Source: Anaeramoeba ignava BMAN
Taxonomy: Eukaryota; Protista; Anaeramoebae
Assembly (NCBI GenBank): GCA_028826165.1
Contig: JAPDFW010000063.1
Location: forward strand, 248,001 to 312,000
DNA: 64,000 nt
Reading direction: 5' to 3'
Made by a program: the position numbers and the translations under genes. This document shows, one piece after another, positions 48,582 through 60,800 of this stretch. Positions within the stretch are counted from its first letter, which is position 1. Each line of letters begins with the position of its first letter. Under the pieces are notes generated by a model, which saw only the letters and a program-made list of their open reading frames with translations, ran no database searches and had not been told where the DNA came from.

Positions 48582-51500
48582 TTATTTAAGATTTGAAAGA
48601 ATTTCTTCTTTCGCTTTTTGAAGTTCTTGTCGGAATGCTTCGATTAATGATTGTTTTAAATTTTCAAGATCTCTAGATGTAATTGTGATAGTTTGTGGGT
48701 TTTGATTTGATTCATTAGATCTTAATTGTTTGTTTTGTGGAGATGGAGATCTGTGTGTTTGAGGATTCATTCCTCTTTGACCTCTTGGTTTTCTATTTTA
48801 ATTTTAATTTCAAAATGAATTTTTAATTTCAATTTGAATTTTTGATTTTAATTTTGATATTAATTTTAATTTTAATTTTAATTTCAAAATGAATTTTAAT
48901 TTCAAAATGAATTTTAATTTCAAAATGAATTTTAATAATTTTAAATTTAATTTCAAAATGAATATTAATTTTAATTTCAAAATGAATTTTAATTTTAATT
49001 TTAATTTCAAAATGAATTTTAATTTTAATTTTAATTTCAAATTGAATTTTAATTTTAATTTTAATTTTAATTTTAATTTTAATTTTAATTTCAAAATGAA
49101 TTTTAATTTCAATTTCAAAATGAATTTTAATTTTAATTAATTTTAATTTCAAAATGAATTTCAAAATGAATTTTAATTTTAATTTGAATTTCAAAATGAA
49201 TTTTAATTTTAATTTCAAAATGAATTTTAATTTCGAAATGAATTTTAATTTTAATTTGAATTTTAATTTCAAAATGAATTTTAATTTCAAAATGAATTTT
49301 AACTTCAATTTTAATTTTAATTTCAAAATGAATTTTAATTTTAATTTTAATTTTTAATTTAATTTTAATATTTAATTTCAAAATGAATTTTAATTTTAAT
49401 TTTAAATTGAATTTTAATTTTAATTTCAAAATGAATTTTAATTTTAATTTTAATTTTAATTTTAATTTTAATTTTAATTTTAATTTTAATTTTAATTTGA
49501 ATTTTAATTTTGATTTCAATTTCAAAATGAATTTTAATTTTAATTTTAATTTTAATTTTAATTTTAATTTTAATTTTAATTACAATAATGCTCGACCAGA
49601 AGGAACTCTTGGTAAATTTTGTTGTGGTTGATTTTGTTGTGGTTGATTTTGTTGTGTAGGTGATTCAGATTTAGCTGGTGGTGAAGATGGTTTTGGAGTT
49701 GTTTTACGTAATCCTCTATTCTTTAAAGCTCCTAAAAGATCTCCCATCATTCCACCACCACCACCACCGCCTCCGCTGGTGTTGGCAGTTTCTTCCTTAT
49801 TATCAATAACTAAATTTCAATTTTAAATTTGATTTTGATTTTAATTTTAATTTTAATTTTAATTTTGATTTTAATTTTAATTTTAAATTTAATTTTAATT
49901 TTAATTTTAATTTTAATTTTAATTTTAATTTTAATTTTTAATTTTGATTTTGATTTTAATTTTAATTTTAATTTTAATTTTAATTTTAATTTTAATTTTA
50001 ATTTTGATTTTTAATTTTAATTTTAATATTAATTTTAATATTAATTTTTACCTGGTGCTGATCTATCATTAGTTTCTGTTTTTTTCAATGATGCTCCTTT
50101 ACGAATTGAAGCAAGAAGATTTGATCTAGATTGTCCAGAATTTTCACCTCCTCCAAGTTTAACTTTCTGTTAAAATTTTGAGATAAAATAATTTTTAAAA
50201 ATTATTTATTTTTTGGAATTAAAAAAATAAAATAAAAATTATTTACCTTTGATGATTTTGCTTTTGGTGGTTCAGACTAAATATAATTAATATTAATTTT
50301 AATTTTAATTTTAATTTTAATTTTAATATTAATTTTAATTTTAATTTTAATTTTAATTTTAATTTTAATTTTAATTTTAATTTTAATTTTAATTTTAATT
50401 TTAATTTTTAATTTTAATTTTAATTTTAATTTTAATTTTAATTTTAATTTTAATTTTAATTTTAATTTTAATTTTAATTTTAATATTAATTTTAATTTTA
50501 ATTTTAATTTTAATTTTAATTTTAATTTTAATTTTAATTTTAATTTTAATTTTAATTTTAATTTTAATTTTAATTTTAATTTTAATTTTAATTTTAATTT
50601 TTAATTTTAATTTTAATTTTAATTTTAATATTAATTTTAATTTTAATTTTAATTTTAATTTTAATTTTAATTTTAATTTTGATTTTTAATTTTAATTTTA
50701 ATTTTAATTTTAATTTTAATTTTAATTTTGATATTAATTTTAATTTTAATTTTAATTTTAATTTTAGATTTTAATTTTAATTTTAGTTTTAGTTTTAATT
50801 TTAATTTTAATTTTAATTTTAATTTTGATTTTAATTTTAATTTTAAATTTGATTTTGATTTTAATTTTAATTTTGAATTTTAATTTTAATTTTAATTTTA
50901 ATTTTAATTTTAATTTTAATTTTAATTTTAATATTTAATTAAATAATTACTTTTGGAGTTGGTGGTGGACCCTATTAATTAAATAGAATAAAAAATAGAA
51001 TAAAATAAAATGAGAATTTTTTGATAAAAAAAATTTAAATAATATACTCCAGTTGGAGGTGGTGGTGGACCCTATAAACAAAATGAGAATAAAAAATATA
51101 TAAAAAGAATAATAAGAAACAAATCATAATAAAATGAAGAAAATGAAAAATTTACGCCAGATGGTTTTGGAGGTGCTTTCATTGATTGAATTGCATTGTC
51201 AACAAGTTCAGAAAGTTTTGCAACATCCTCTTCTTTTGAAAAATTAATTCCATAAACATATCCTCTTGCTTCTGTAAATTGAATCCATTTTGGATTTTGA
51301 GGATTTTTTTGTAATTTGAAATCATCTTTAATTGGTGCCATTAATACTGGCTATTTTGAATTAAATTTAATTTTAATTTTAATTTTAATTTGAATTTTAA
51401 TTTGAATTTTAATTTGAATTTTAATTTGAATTTTAATAATTTTAATTTTAATATTAATATTAATTTTAATTTTAATTTTAATTTGAATTTTAATTTGAAT

Positions 51501-52327
51501 TTTAATTTGAATTTTAATTTGAATTTTAATAATTTTAATTTTAATTTTAATATTAATTTTGATTTTAATTTTAATTTGAATTTTAATATTAGTTTTAATA
51601 TTAATTTTAATTTTAATTTTAATTTTAATTTTAATTTTAATTTTAATTTTAAATTTTAATTTTAATTTTAATTTTAATTTTAATTTTAATTTTAATTTTA
51701 ATTTTAATTTTAATTTTAATTTTTAATTTTGATTTTAATTTTAATTTTTGATTTTAATTTTAATTTTAATTTTAAATTTGATTTTAGATTTAATTTTAAT
51801 TTAAATTTAATTTTAATTTTAATTTGAATTTTAATTTTAATATTAATTTTAATATTAATTTTAATTTTAATTTTAATTTTAATTTTAATTTTAATTTTAA
51901 TTTTAATTTTGATTTTAATTTTAATTTTAATTTTAATTTTAATTTTAATTTTAATTTTGATATTAATTTTAATTTTAGATTTAAAATTTAATTGATTAAA
52001 AATTTTTTTTCTTCCTTTGCTTTTTATTAAAAAAAAAATTCTTTTATTGATAAAAATAGAAAAAAAAATTGAAATAAATAAAACAAACCTTGTTATCAGG
52101 ACTAAAACCAACAATACGATAAGTATTCTTTGCAGAATCTTGATATAAAGCAAAAGCACCTCCATTACTCACAGGTTTCCATTGCTTTGCTTTTGTATCT
52201 AAAATAAATTGACTTGCTCTTGTAGAAAAAATTGCCTTTTCACTAATTAAATTTTTATATTTTAAATTTTTTTTATAATTTATTTTTTTATATTTAAATT
52301 TTTTTTTTATTTATTTTTTTACCTCAT
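48582..52327 (-). CDS. Ena/VASP-like protein (EVH1, poly-Pro, WH2, F-actin-binding-like helix, tetramerisation coil); about 9 exons
   Basis: MSEKAIFSTRAS...KQWKP...NTYRIVG...WIQFTEARGYVYGINFSKEED (EVH1); GPPPPP microexons; RSNLLASIRKGASLKKTETNDRSAP (WH2); GGGMMGDLLGALKNR; DLENLKQSLIEAFRQELQKAKEEIL. Confidence 0.85.
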
Positions 52328-52519
52328 TTACTATTTTTTTGTTTGTGTGTTTAAGTTTAAATTAAAATTAAAATTAAAAAGTAAAATTAAAAAGTAAAAA
52401 AAAAAACAAAGAGAAAAAAATGAAAAATGAGAAAATAATTTTTTTTTATTTTAAAATTTAATTAAAAAATTATTTTCTCTTTTTTTTTAGTTTTAAATTA
52501 AAAATGATCCCTTTTTTTC

Positions 52520-54750
52520 TTATTAAATTTATTATTAAAATTATTATTAAATTTATTATTAAAATTATTATTAAATTTATTATTAAATTTATTATTAAAT
52601 TTATTATTAAATTAATTATTAAATTTATTATTAAAATTATTATTAAAATTATTATTAAATTTATTATTAAATTTATTATTAAATTTATTATTAAAATTAT
52701 TATTAAATTTATTATTAAAATTATTATTAAAATTATTATTAAAATTATTATTAAAATTATTATTAAATTTATTATTAAAATTATTATTAAAATTTATTAT
52801 TAAAATTATTATTAAATTTATTATTAAAATTATTATTAAATTTATTATTAAAATTATTATAAAATTTATTATTAAATTTATTATTAAATTTTATTATTAA
52901 AATTATTATTAAAATTATTATTAAATTTATTATTAAATTTATTATTAAAAATTATTATTAAAATTATTATTAAAATTATTATTAAAATTATTATTAAATT
53001 TATTATTAAAATTATTATTAAAATTATTATTAAAATTATTAAATTTATTATTAAAATTATTATTAAAATTATTATTAAATTTATTATTAAATTTATTATT
53101 AAATTTATTATTAAAATTATTATTAATTTATTATTAAATTATTATTAAAATTATTATTAAATTTATTATTAAATTTATTATTAAAATTATTATTAAAATT
53201 ATTATTAAAATTATTATTAAAATTATTATTAAATTTATTATTAAAATTATTATTAAAATTATTATTAAATTTATTATTAAATTTATTATTAAAATTATTA
53301 TTAAAATTATTATTAAATTTATTATTTAAATTTATTATTAAATTTATTATTAAATTTATTATTAAATTTATTATTAAAATTATTATTAAAATTATTATTA
53401 AATTTATTATTAAAATTATTATTAAATTTATTATTAAATTTATTATTAAAATTTATTATTAAATTTATTATTAAAATTATTATTAAATTTATTATTAAAA
53501 TTATTATTAAATTTATTATTAAAATTATTATTAAAATTATTATTAAATTTATTATTAAATTTATTATTAAATTTATTATTAAATTTATTATTAAAATTAT
53601 TATTAAAATTATTATTAAATTTATTATTAAATTTATTATTAAATTGTTATTAAATTTATTATTAAATTTATTATTAAAATTATTATTAAAATTATTATTA
53701 AATTTATTATTATAATTATTATTAAAATTATTATTAAAATTTATTATTAAATTTATTATTAAATTTGTTATTAAAATTATTATTAAAATTATTATTAAAT
53801 TTATTATTAAAATTATTATTAAAATTATTATTAAATTGATTATTAAATTTATTATTAAAATTATTATTAAAATTTATTATTAAAATTTATTATTAAATTG
53901 ATTATTAAATTTATTATTAAATTTATTATTAAATTTATTATTAAATTTATTATTAAAATTATTATTAAATTGATTATTAAATTTATTATTAAATTTATTA
54001 TTAAATTTATTATTAAATTTATTATTAAAATTATTATTAAATTTATTATTAAATTTATTATTAAAATTATTATTAAATTTATTATTAAATTTATTATTAA
54101 ATTTATTATTAAAATTATTATTAAATTTATTATTAAAATTATTATTAAATTTATTATTAAAATTATTATTAAAATTATTATTAAATTTATTATTAAAATT
54201 ATTATTAAAATTATTATTAAAATTATTATTAAATTTATTATTAAATTTATTATTAAATTTATTATTAAATTTATTATTAAATTTATTATTAAATTTATTA
54301 TTAAAATTATTATTAAAATTATTATTAAAATTATTATTAAAATTATTATTAAAATTATTATTAAAATTATTATTAAAATTATTATTAAAATTATTATTAA
54401 AATTATTATTAAAATTATTATTAAAATTATTATTAAAATTATTATTAAATTTATTATTAAAATTATTATTAAATTTATTATTAAATTTATTATTAAATTT
54501 ATTATTAAATTTATTATTAAATTTATTATTAAATTGATTATTAAATTGATTATTAAATTTATTATTAAAATTATTATTAAATTTATTATTAAATTGATTA
54601 TTAAAATTATTATTAAATTTATTATTAAAATTGTTTTTAAATTTATTATTAAATTTATTATTAAATTTGTTATTAAATTTGTTATTAAAATTATTATTAA
54701 ATTTATTATTAAATTTATTATTAAATTTATTATTAAAATTGTTTTTAAAT
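52520..54750. repeat. Intergenic 12-mer satellite (ATTATTAAATTT/ATTATTAAAATT)n
   Basis: About 2.2 kb two-variant array between the USP stop and the VASP upstream region. Confidence 0.95.
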
Positions 54751-54816
54751 TTCTTATTTAATTTCTTTATTAATTTGTTTTAAAATTCTTTTTAAAAAAA
54801 AAATGTGAAAATTTTT

Positions 54817-57800
54817 TTAATCTTCTTTCTTTTCTTGTTTCATTTCAGAACAAAAATCTTTAATCTTAGAAATTTCTTCATTTAATTTATCAAAATCTTC
54901 TTTTGAAATTTTGGATAAAGAATCATTAACAAAATTTAACAATGAAAGAGAATCAAAAAGATTTGTAACATTTTCAAAAGAAATAATAAAGATGATCAAA
55001 TTAAGCAAAAGTTTAACAGATTGGAAATCAAATTGAGACTGAATAAAAAAGTTAATTTTGCTTGTCAAAATTTGAATGAGATTATTGATGAATTCTGAAA
55101 ATTGAGAATCAATTTTTTGATTTGCAAAAAGAAATGAAAAAAGTGAATTCAAAAATGAATGAAGAAATGATTTTTCAGTGAGTAAAGAAATGGATGAAGA
55201 ACTTTGAACAAGAAGAGTGAGATAATCTTCAGTAATTTGAATAAGAAATGAAATGCTGTTAGTTTTGAACGAGTTTTTATCGATTAAAATTATAAGTGAA
55301 TTTATTAAAGAAACAAGAAGTTGATGATCAAGTGAAAAAACGAATTGAGTAACTGATTTGAAATAATTTCTGAGAGTTGGAAAAGAGGAGGAATCAGAAG
55401 AATTAAGATGGATAATTGAGGAGAAGAATTGGGGATAAAGAGCGGAAGAAATAAAAGAGTCTGAGGTTGATTTTTGAGAAAGAATAGAATTTTCCAATTC
55501 GAGTAAATTGAGCGGAAATTTTGGATCAATCTGAACAAGATGGAGAATAAGATCGCGGACGGTTGTGCCAAGAGGGGATGCGAGATGAACAGGATCGCAG
55601 AAGTGAATAAACTGAACCGATTGGGTGATTAATTGCTGGGAGTTCTGCCAGTATTGAAGGAAAGCAGGAGGGAAACTGCTTTCGAACTTGAGTGTGCTTT
55701 GAGCGAAAATGTCAAGGATGTTGAAGCATTTCGTGGCGAGTGAATACGCCTCTTCGGTTGGGTTTTGTGTGTTCAATGAATTGATGAGCAAGTCTGTGAT
55801 CGGAACAAAAATGTTGCTGCTTGGACTGTTGGTGGAATTGAGGAAATTGAAAATTTCGTTGTTTTCAACAGAAACGATTGAATCCAAAATATTGATAATT
55901 TTATAAGGAGCTTGCGAGATTCTGTAGGGTTTTTTGATCGAAATTTTCAACACAACTTTGGAGATTATGGGAATGTTTTTCATAAAAATCACAATGTTAG
56001 AAATAATTTCGCTGGTTTCGCTATATCGATCAGTATCGAAACACAACCATTCAAGAGCCCATTCGAACTGGAAAAGATTCGAAAGTGTGTTTGTGAATTT
56101 TGTGCTGTGTTTGCAGCACTGATATGAGAAAAACATGAACTCTTTCGTGAATTTCCTGTTGTAAACAACGAAGGATTCGAGAGCGTCAAGAACAATCGAG
56201 GATGTTAAAATGGTGTTGGTGACTTGGGAATCCTCAGTGAATTTGCTCAAACAATCAGGAAACATTTCTGCAAGTTTGTTGATGAAAACATAGAACTGAT
56301 ATTTGTTTTGGTCGCAACGGAGCTTGAAATATTCAATGTGCTCGTAAAGTTTGAAGAAGGTTGCGAAGTTTTTATTGAAAATATCTTCAAATTGTGGAAT
56401 TTTGCGCGTGTTTATACAAGTAATAAGTAATTGGAAATAATGAATCATTTTGAAGAAATCGGGAGGATAAGGTTCGTTGCTGTTGTAGTTTGGTTTTTGC
56501 TTTGGAGAAATGCCTTTATATGTTTGGGTGACAAGTGTGGATGACAATGAAAGTAAGAATTCAAATAAACTTGTAAGTGTTTTAGTAGCTTCATCGCTTG
56601 TGTCATTGTCCGAAGGCAACATCAACTTGAAGGTATTAAATGCGATGATGCGGATTTCTTCGCTATTAAAGTAGATGATCCAATCAGTGAACCATCTTGA
56701 AATATTCTTGGCCATCCACGTTAGAACGTCTGGATTCGATATAATTATGTCGTAGAAACGTTTGATGGATTCTAACGTTGCCTTTTCGTAGCGGTAGTTT
56801 CGAGCTAAGATCAGGAGCAAATTGTCCATTGCATAACCGAGTTTGCGTTTATATATCGAGTCGTGAAAGGACAAAATTTGCTGGAGAGTGATGAAGTTCT
56901 TTGGGAGAGTTGTGTGCTGTTCCTTATCAATTCGAGAAACAAGATCATCGATCACGCCTTGAATCTTGACAATATTGTCTGCATAAAGAAGATTGACGAT
57001 TTTACCGAGAGCGATTGGATTGTCTCCTTTTTCGATGAGTGTTTTGAGGAAAGGGGATTCAGTAAACATCTTCACATCCAGAGCGGGAAGGAATTCCATT
57101 GGATTTGGATTTGCTTGTTCCAATTCGCTTTGTTTTTCTGTTGATTCGGTGATTTCTTGCTTGGGTTTCTGATCAAAATAAATCTCGAAAACAGATAGAA
57201 TTGCCTCAACAATTCCAGGATATTTTTCTATTTCTAAACCTCGATAACCTCCAGACATTATAAATTTATAAAGCGGAGATTTAGTTCCCAAATAGAAGTG
57301 AATGATGCGAGTGACAAGATGGATAGAGATGAGATAATTCAAAGATTTGGGAACGTTGCGGATCAAATCGCTCAATAACTGGCAAAATTGGGAAACATTT
57401 CGGAAATCGGATTGAGATGTGTCAAGAAGAAGAAGGAAAGAGCGAACTAATTGCACAAAAAGCGGGATTGATGGATCAAGTTGAGTTGTTTGCTCTAAGG
57501 ACATTTGTCCGCTCCAAGTGTTTTGGAGATCGTAGAAAGTCGAGTTGGAAGTGCAAGAAATAAGTGGACCTTTGATGTTTGACATGAACTCATCAATCTG
57601 AGGCTCTTCATCACGATAAATCATTCCGATTGTGGAAATGATAACGGAATTGAACTCGTTCACAAACTCAACGTTCTCGAGATTGTGATAAATTTGGGAC
57701 AACCAAGTGTTGTTTGTTTGACAGAGTTCGTTGACAAACCACTTGGCATTTGTGATGTTTGATGAGAAGAAGTCTTTGAAGGATTGGAGCGATTGCACAA

Positions 57801-60800
57801 AATCGACCTTGATATTCGGGAAATCCACAACCTGGAAAAGAAATTGGATGAAACTCTTTGTTGTTTCGAAAGCGTTTTCCAACGGCATTGAATCTCGAAT
57901 AAACGAGAAATTCTGGAAAAATGAATTGAGGAATTGGAAGTATATTGGGGTGTAGAGGTTCTGTTCATAGAAAAGATCTGCATTGACGCTCCAGATCTTG
58001 GAGAAAAGCATGGTGTTGTAGAAAGCCTTTTTCTTTTCAGCAATGGCTTCTCGGGAACGGGCAACAATATCGGCACGTTGATAAAAGAGAAGATATGCAG
58101 AATAATGTTTCTCAAAAGTTTGTTTATAAGGAGAACCGTAGAAATTCTTGTATGTGCGGACTTCCTTGCCACCAAAAGTCTCCTCGGGAAGTTCATCGGG
58201 ATTGAACTCTGTGACAGTTGAGTCATTGAACTTAATCCATCTCAAATCCTTTCCTTCATTAATCGGTTCGCGTTCTTTGATGAACGAGTAGTAATGTCCA
58301 TACTCTGCGGATCCATAATGCACAGACACACCAACAAGTTCGTAGTCATATACCTTGTTTGGCGCTTCCTCGATTGCCTGATATAATGATTTTGTCTTCA
58401 CCATCTTCATCTTGGGTTTTGGTTTTGGTTTGGATTTGATTTGTTCCTCTGTTGTGTCCATCTCGTCTGTGTCGTCAACAGGATCTTCCACTTGTGTCTC
58501 TCCGGAAAGAAGATCTTCTGATTTGATTTGTTGCATTTCGGCACGTGCGATGCCTTCTCGCGTGTATTTCTCCATGTTTAAAGTGAATGGGAATTCGAAT
58601 CGATCGTTAATTTTGGATCTTCTTTGTGTTTCCAAATCATAATCGAATCTTTTCAAATGCAAGATTAAGTTTTTCGGAAGTTCTTTAATACAAGCACGTG
58701 TAAGAGCATCTACTTTTCTTCCCAGAGTCTCGTTGAAATATTGATTATCACCAACAAGTCTCTCTCCTTGTATATATGAATTAAGCGATTCAACAACATT
58801 TTTCTTGTTAACAGTATCCAAACTTATTGCATAAAAATTCTCTTCTCTTTCTGAAACTTCACCAGTTTCCTCGGTAATAATTTGTTTCGCGAATTTGCCT
58901 CCGAAAATATCCTTAAGAAGATCTGGTTGATTGAATCCTCGGAGATAATTTTCAATATAATCGAAAAGCATATTGAAAAATTCATATGAATCCATCTGAA
59001 CAGAAGGATTGAGAGAAGTTCCGTCCCAATGTTTGAAAACAGACACAAATGGCCGAGTATTGACTGCGCGTTGATCACTTTCGCATAATTGCGCAAAGAT
59101 TTTCTGGAATTGATAAAACACATCGCCTTCAATCTCTTGAGTCATGTCTTTGGGTGTTCCATCGTCGTTGAATGCTCCTTTTTCTAGCTTGGATTTCTCG
59201 AAATCAACAGACAAAATTCCGTAACGGAATTCAGGAACCATAAAAAGTTGTTGAAGAAGCGAATTCATGTAGCATGTCGCACCCAAGTTGCTTAATCCTA
59301 CATATCCTGCTGAGGATTTTCCCATTGAATAATAATCATATCGGATTTTCTTTGTTTTTTTCGGTTTCACGTTTCCGTGGAGTTGTGTAAGTAGAGATAA
59401 TAAACGGTTTGAGTTTTGTGATGATTTTTCTGCGAGATGACGCAGTAGCGAAAACGCTGCACTTCTACTTTCTTCAGTACTACATTTGGGCATGAATCCT
59501 CGTTGTTTTTCGAGGGATTCTTTAACATCAAATAAACATTTGTAGAAAATTTCATCCATAAGTCCGAATTTTTGTTCCATTTCATCACATGTTTTTGTGT
59601 CTACAAGAAGAACGTGAACAAGCTTGATATAACTTTCGATATCCTTCTCAGCTTCTTTGTGCTCAGGTGTTCCTTTGTCATAAACCTTCTGATTTTTGAT
59701 CAGTTGTATTCCTCTTTCGAGAAGATTGCGGAGTGGTTCTGAAGTGAGCATTTGCGGTTTCAATTCAAGCATTTCGGAAATTAATTGGAAATAAATTGCG
59801 CGATGTTGAATTCGATTGTTTTTCTGGATTTGGTTGTTTGGTTCGAATTCGTCAAGAAAAGAGAGAAGTAGATTCATGAAGAAATCAAAAATTTTTGGGT
59901 TTTGGGAATAAAATTTCATGATATCTAAAAGTGCTGTGGATACAGATTTTCTCATATCTTCTTCTGCGCAGTAAATCAACATCTGTTTGATCCAATCCTT
60001 AAGATCTGTTTTTGCCATGATTCCCTCAAGCCATACATTTGGTTCTGAGGGTGTGAGACATCCTGCAACAAGAATCCTCATTCCATGATTAACCACACGC
60101 AGATATTCCTCTTGGCTTTCATTTTCTTGCGCATCTTGAGACAGTTTATATACGAGATCGATGATGAATTTCATCATTTGAGGTTCTGTTTCTTTGTCGA
60201 AAAAATCTTTTGCGTTGAATTTCATTGTCTCAGAGTTGATCACAAACTCGTCAAGAAGTTTGAAGAGTAAAGAAACGGTTTGAGGGATAAATGAAGAGAT
60301 TTCCTTCTGTTCAACTTCTTCTTTCTTCTCAAGAAGGCTGATCTCCATAAGTAATTGGATCAAATGTTTGATGCCTCCATTTTCGATAAATTTTGTTGGC
60401 CATTGTTTCAGTTTCAGTTTGTCTTGATTTTGCTCTTCTTTTTCTTCGATGAACGATGTATCCATAAGACGTCCAACAATTTGAAGTTGATAAAAAAGTT
60501 GGTGGAGGGATTTTGTTCCGAGAATATCGTTCCAGACAACACCCTTCTGCTCGTCTGCTTGCTCAAAAACATTGAGAAGTGTCTGTTCATGTTGTTTACT
60601 TGTTGGCATCCAGTTGATAATAGCCCAAGTATCTTCTGCGATTTTGTTTCCGAGTTCGAGAAGTGAGAATAGATCATCAAAGAAATCGAGAAGAATGAAA
60701 CTGGGAAGCAAATCCCCTTCGATTTTACTGGTATCCAAAAGGGATTGCTGAGGAGAATTGTATTGGCTCATATATCCGGTTGTTCCGTAATAGTAATTTG

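Noticed and set aside
4418-54761. Low-complexity ORFs (INFN, IKIK, ILIL, IIKF, KSKS repeats)
   Set aside because: Translations of stop-free satellite frames, not genes.
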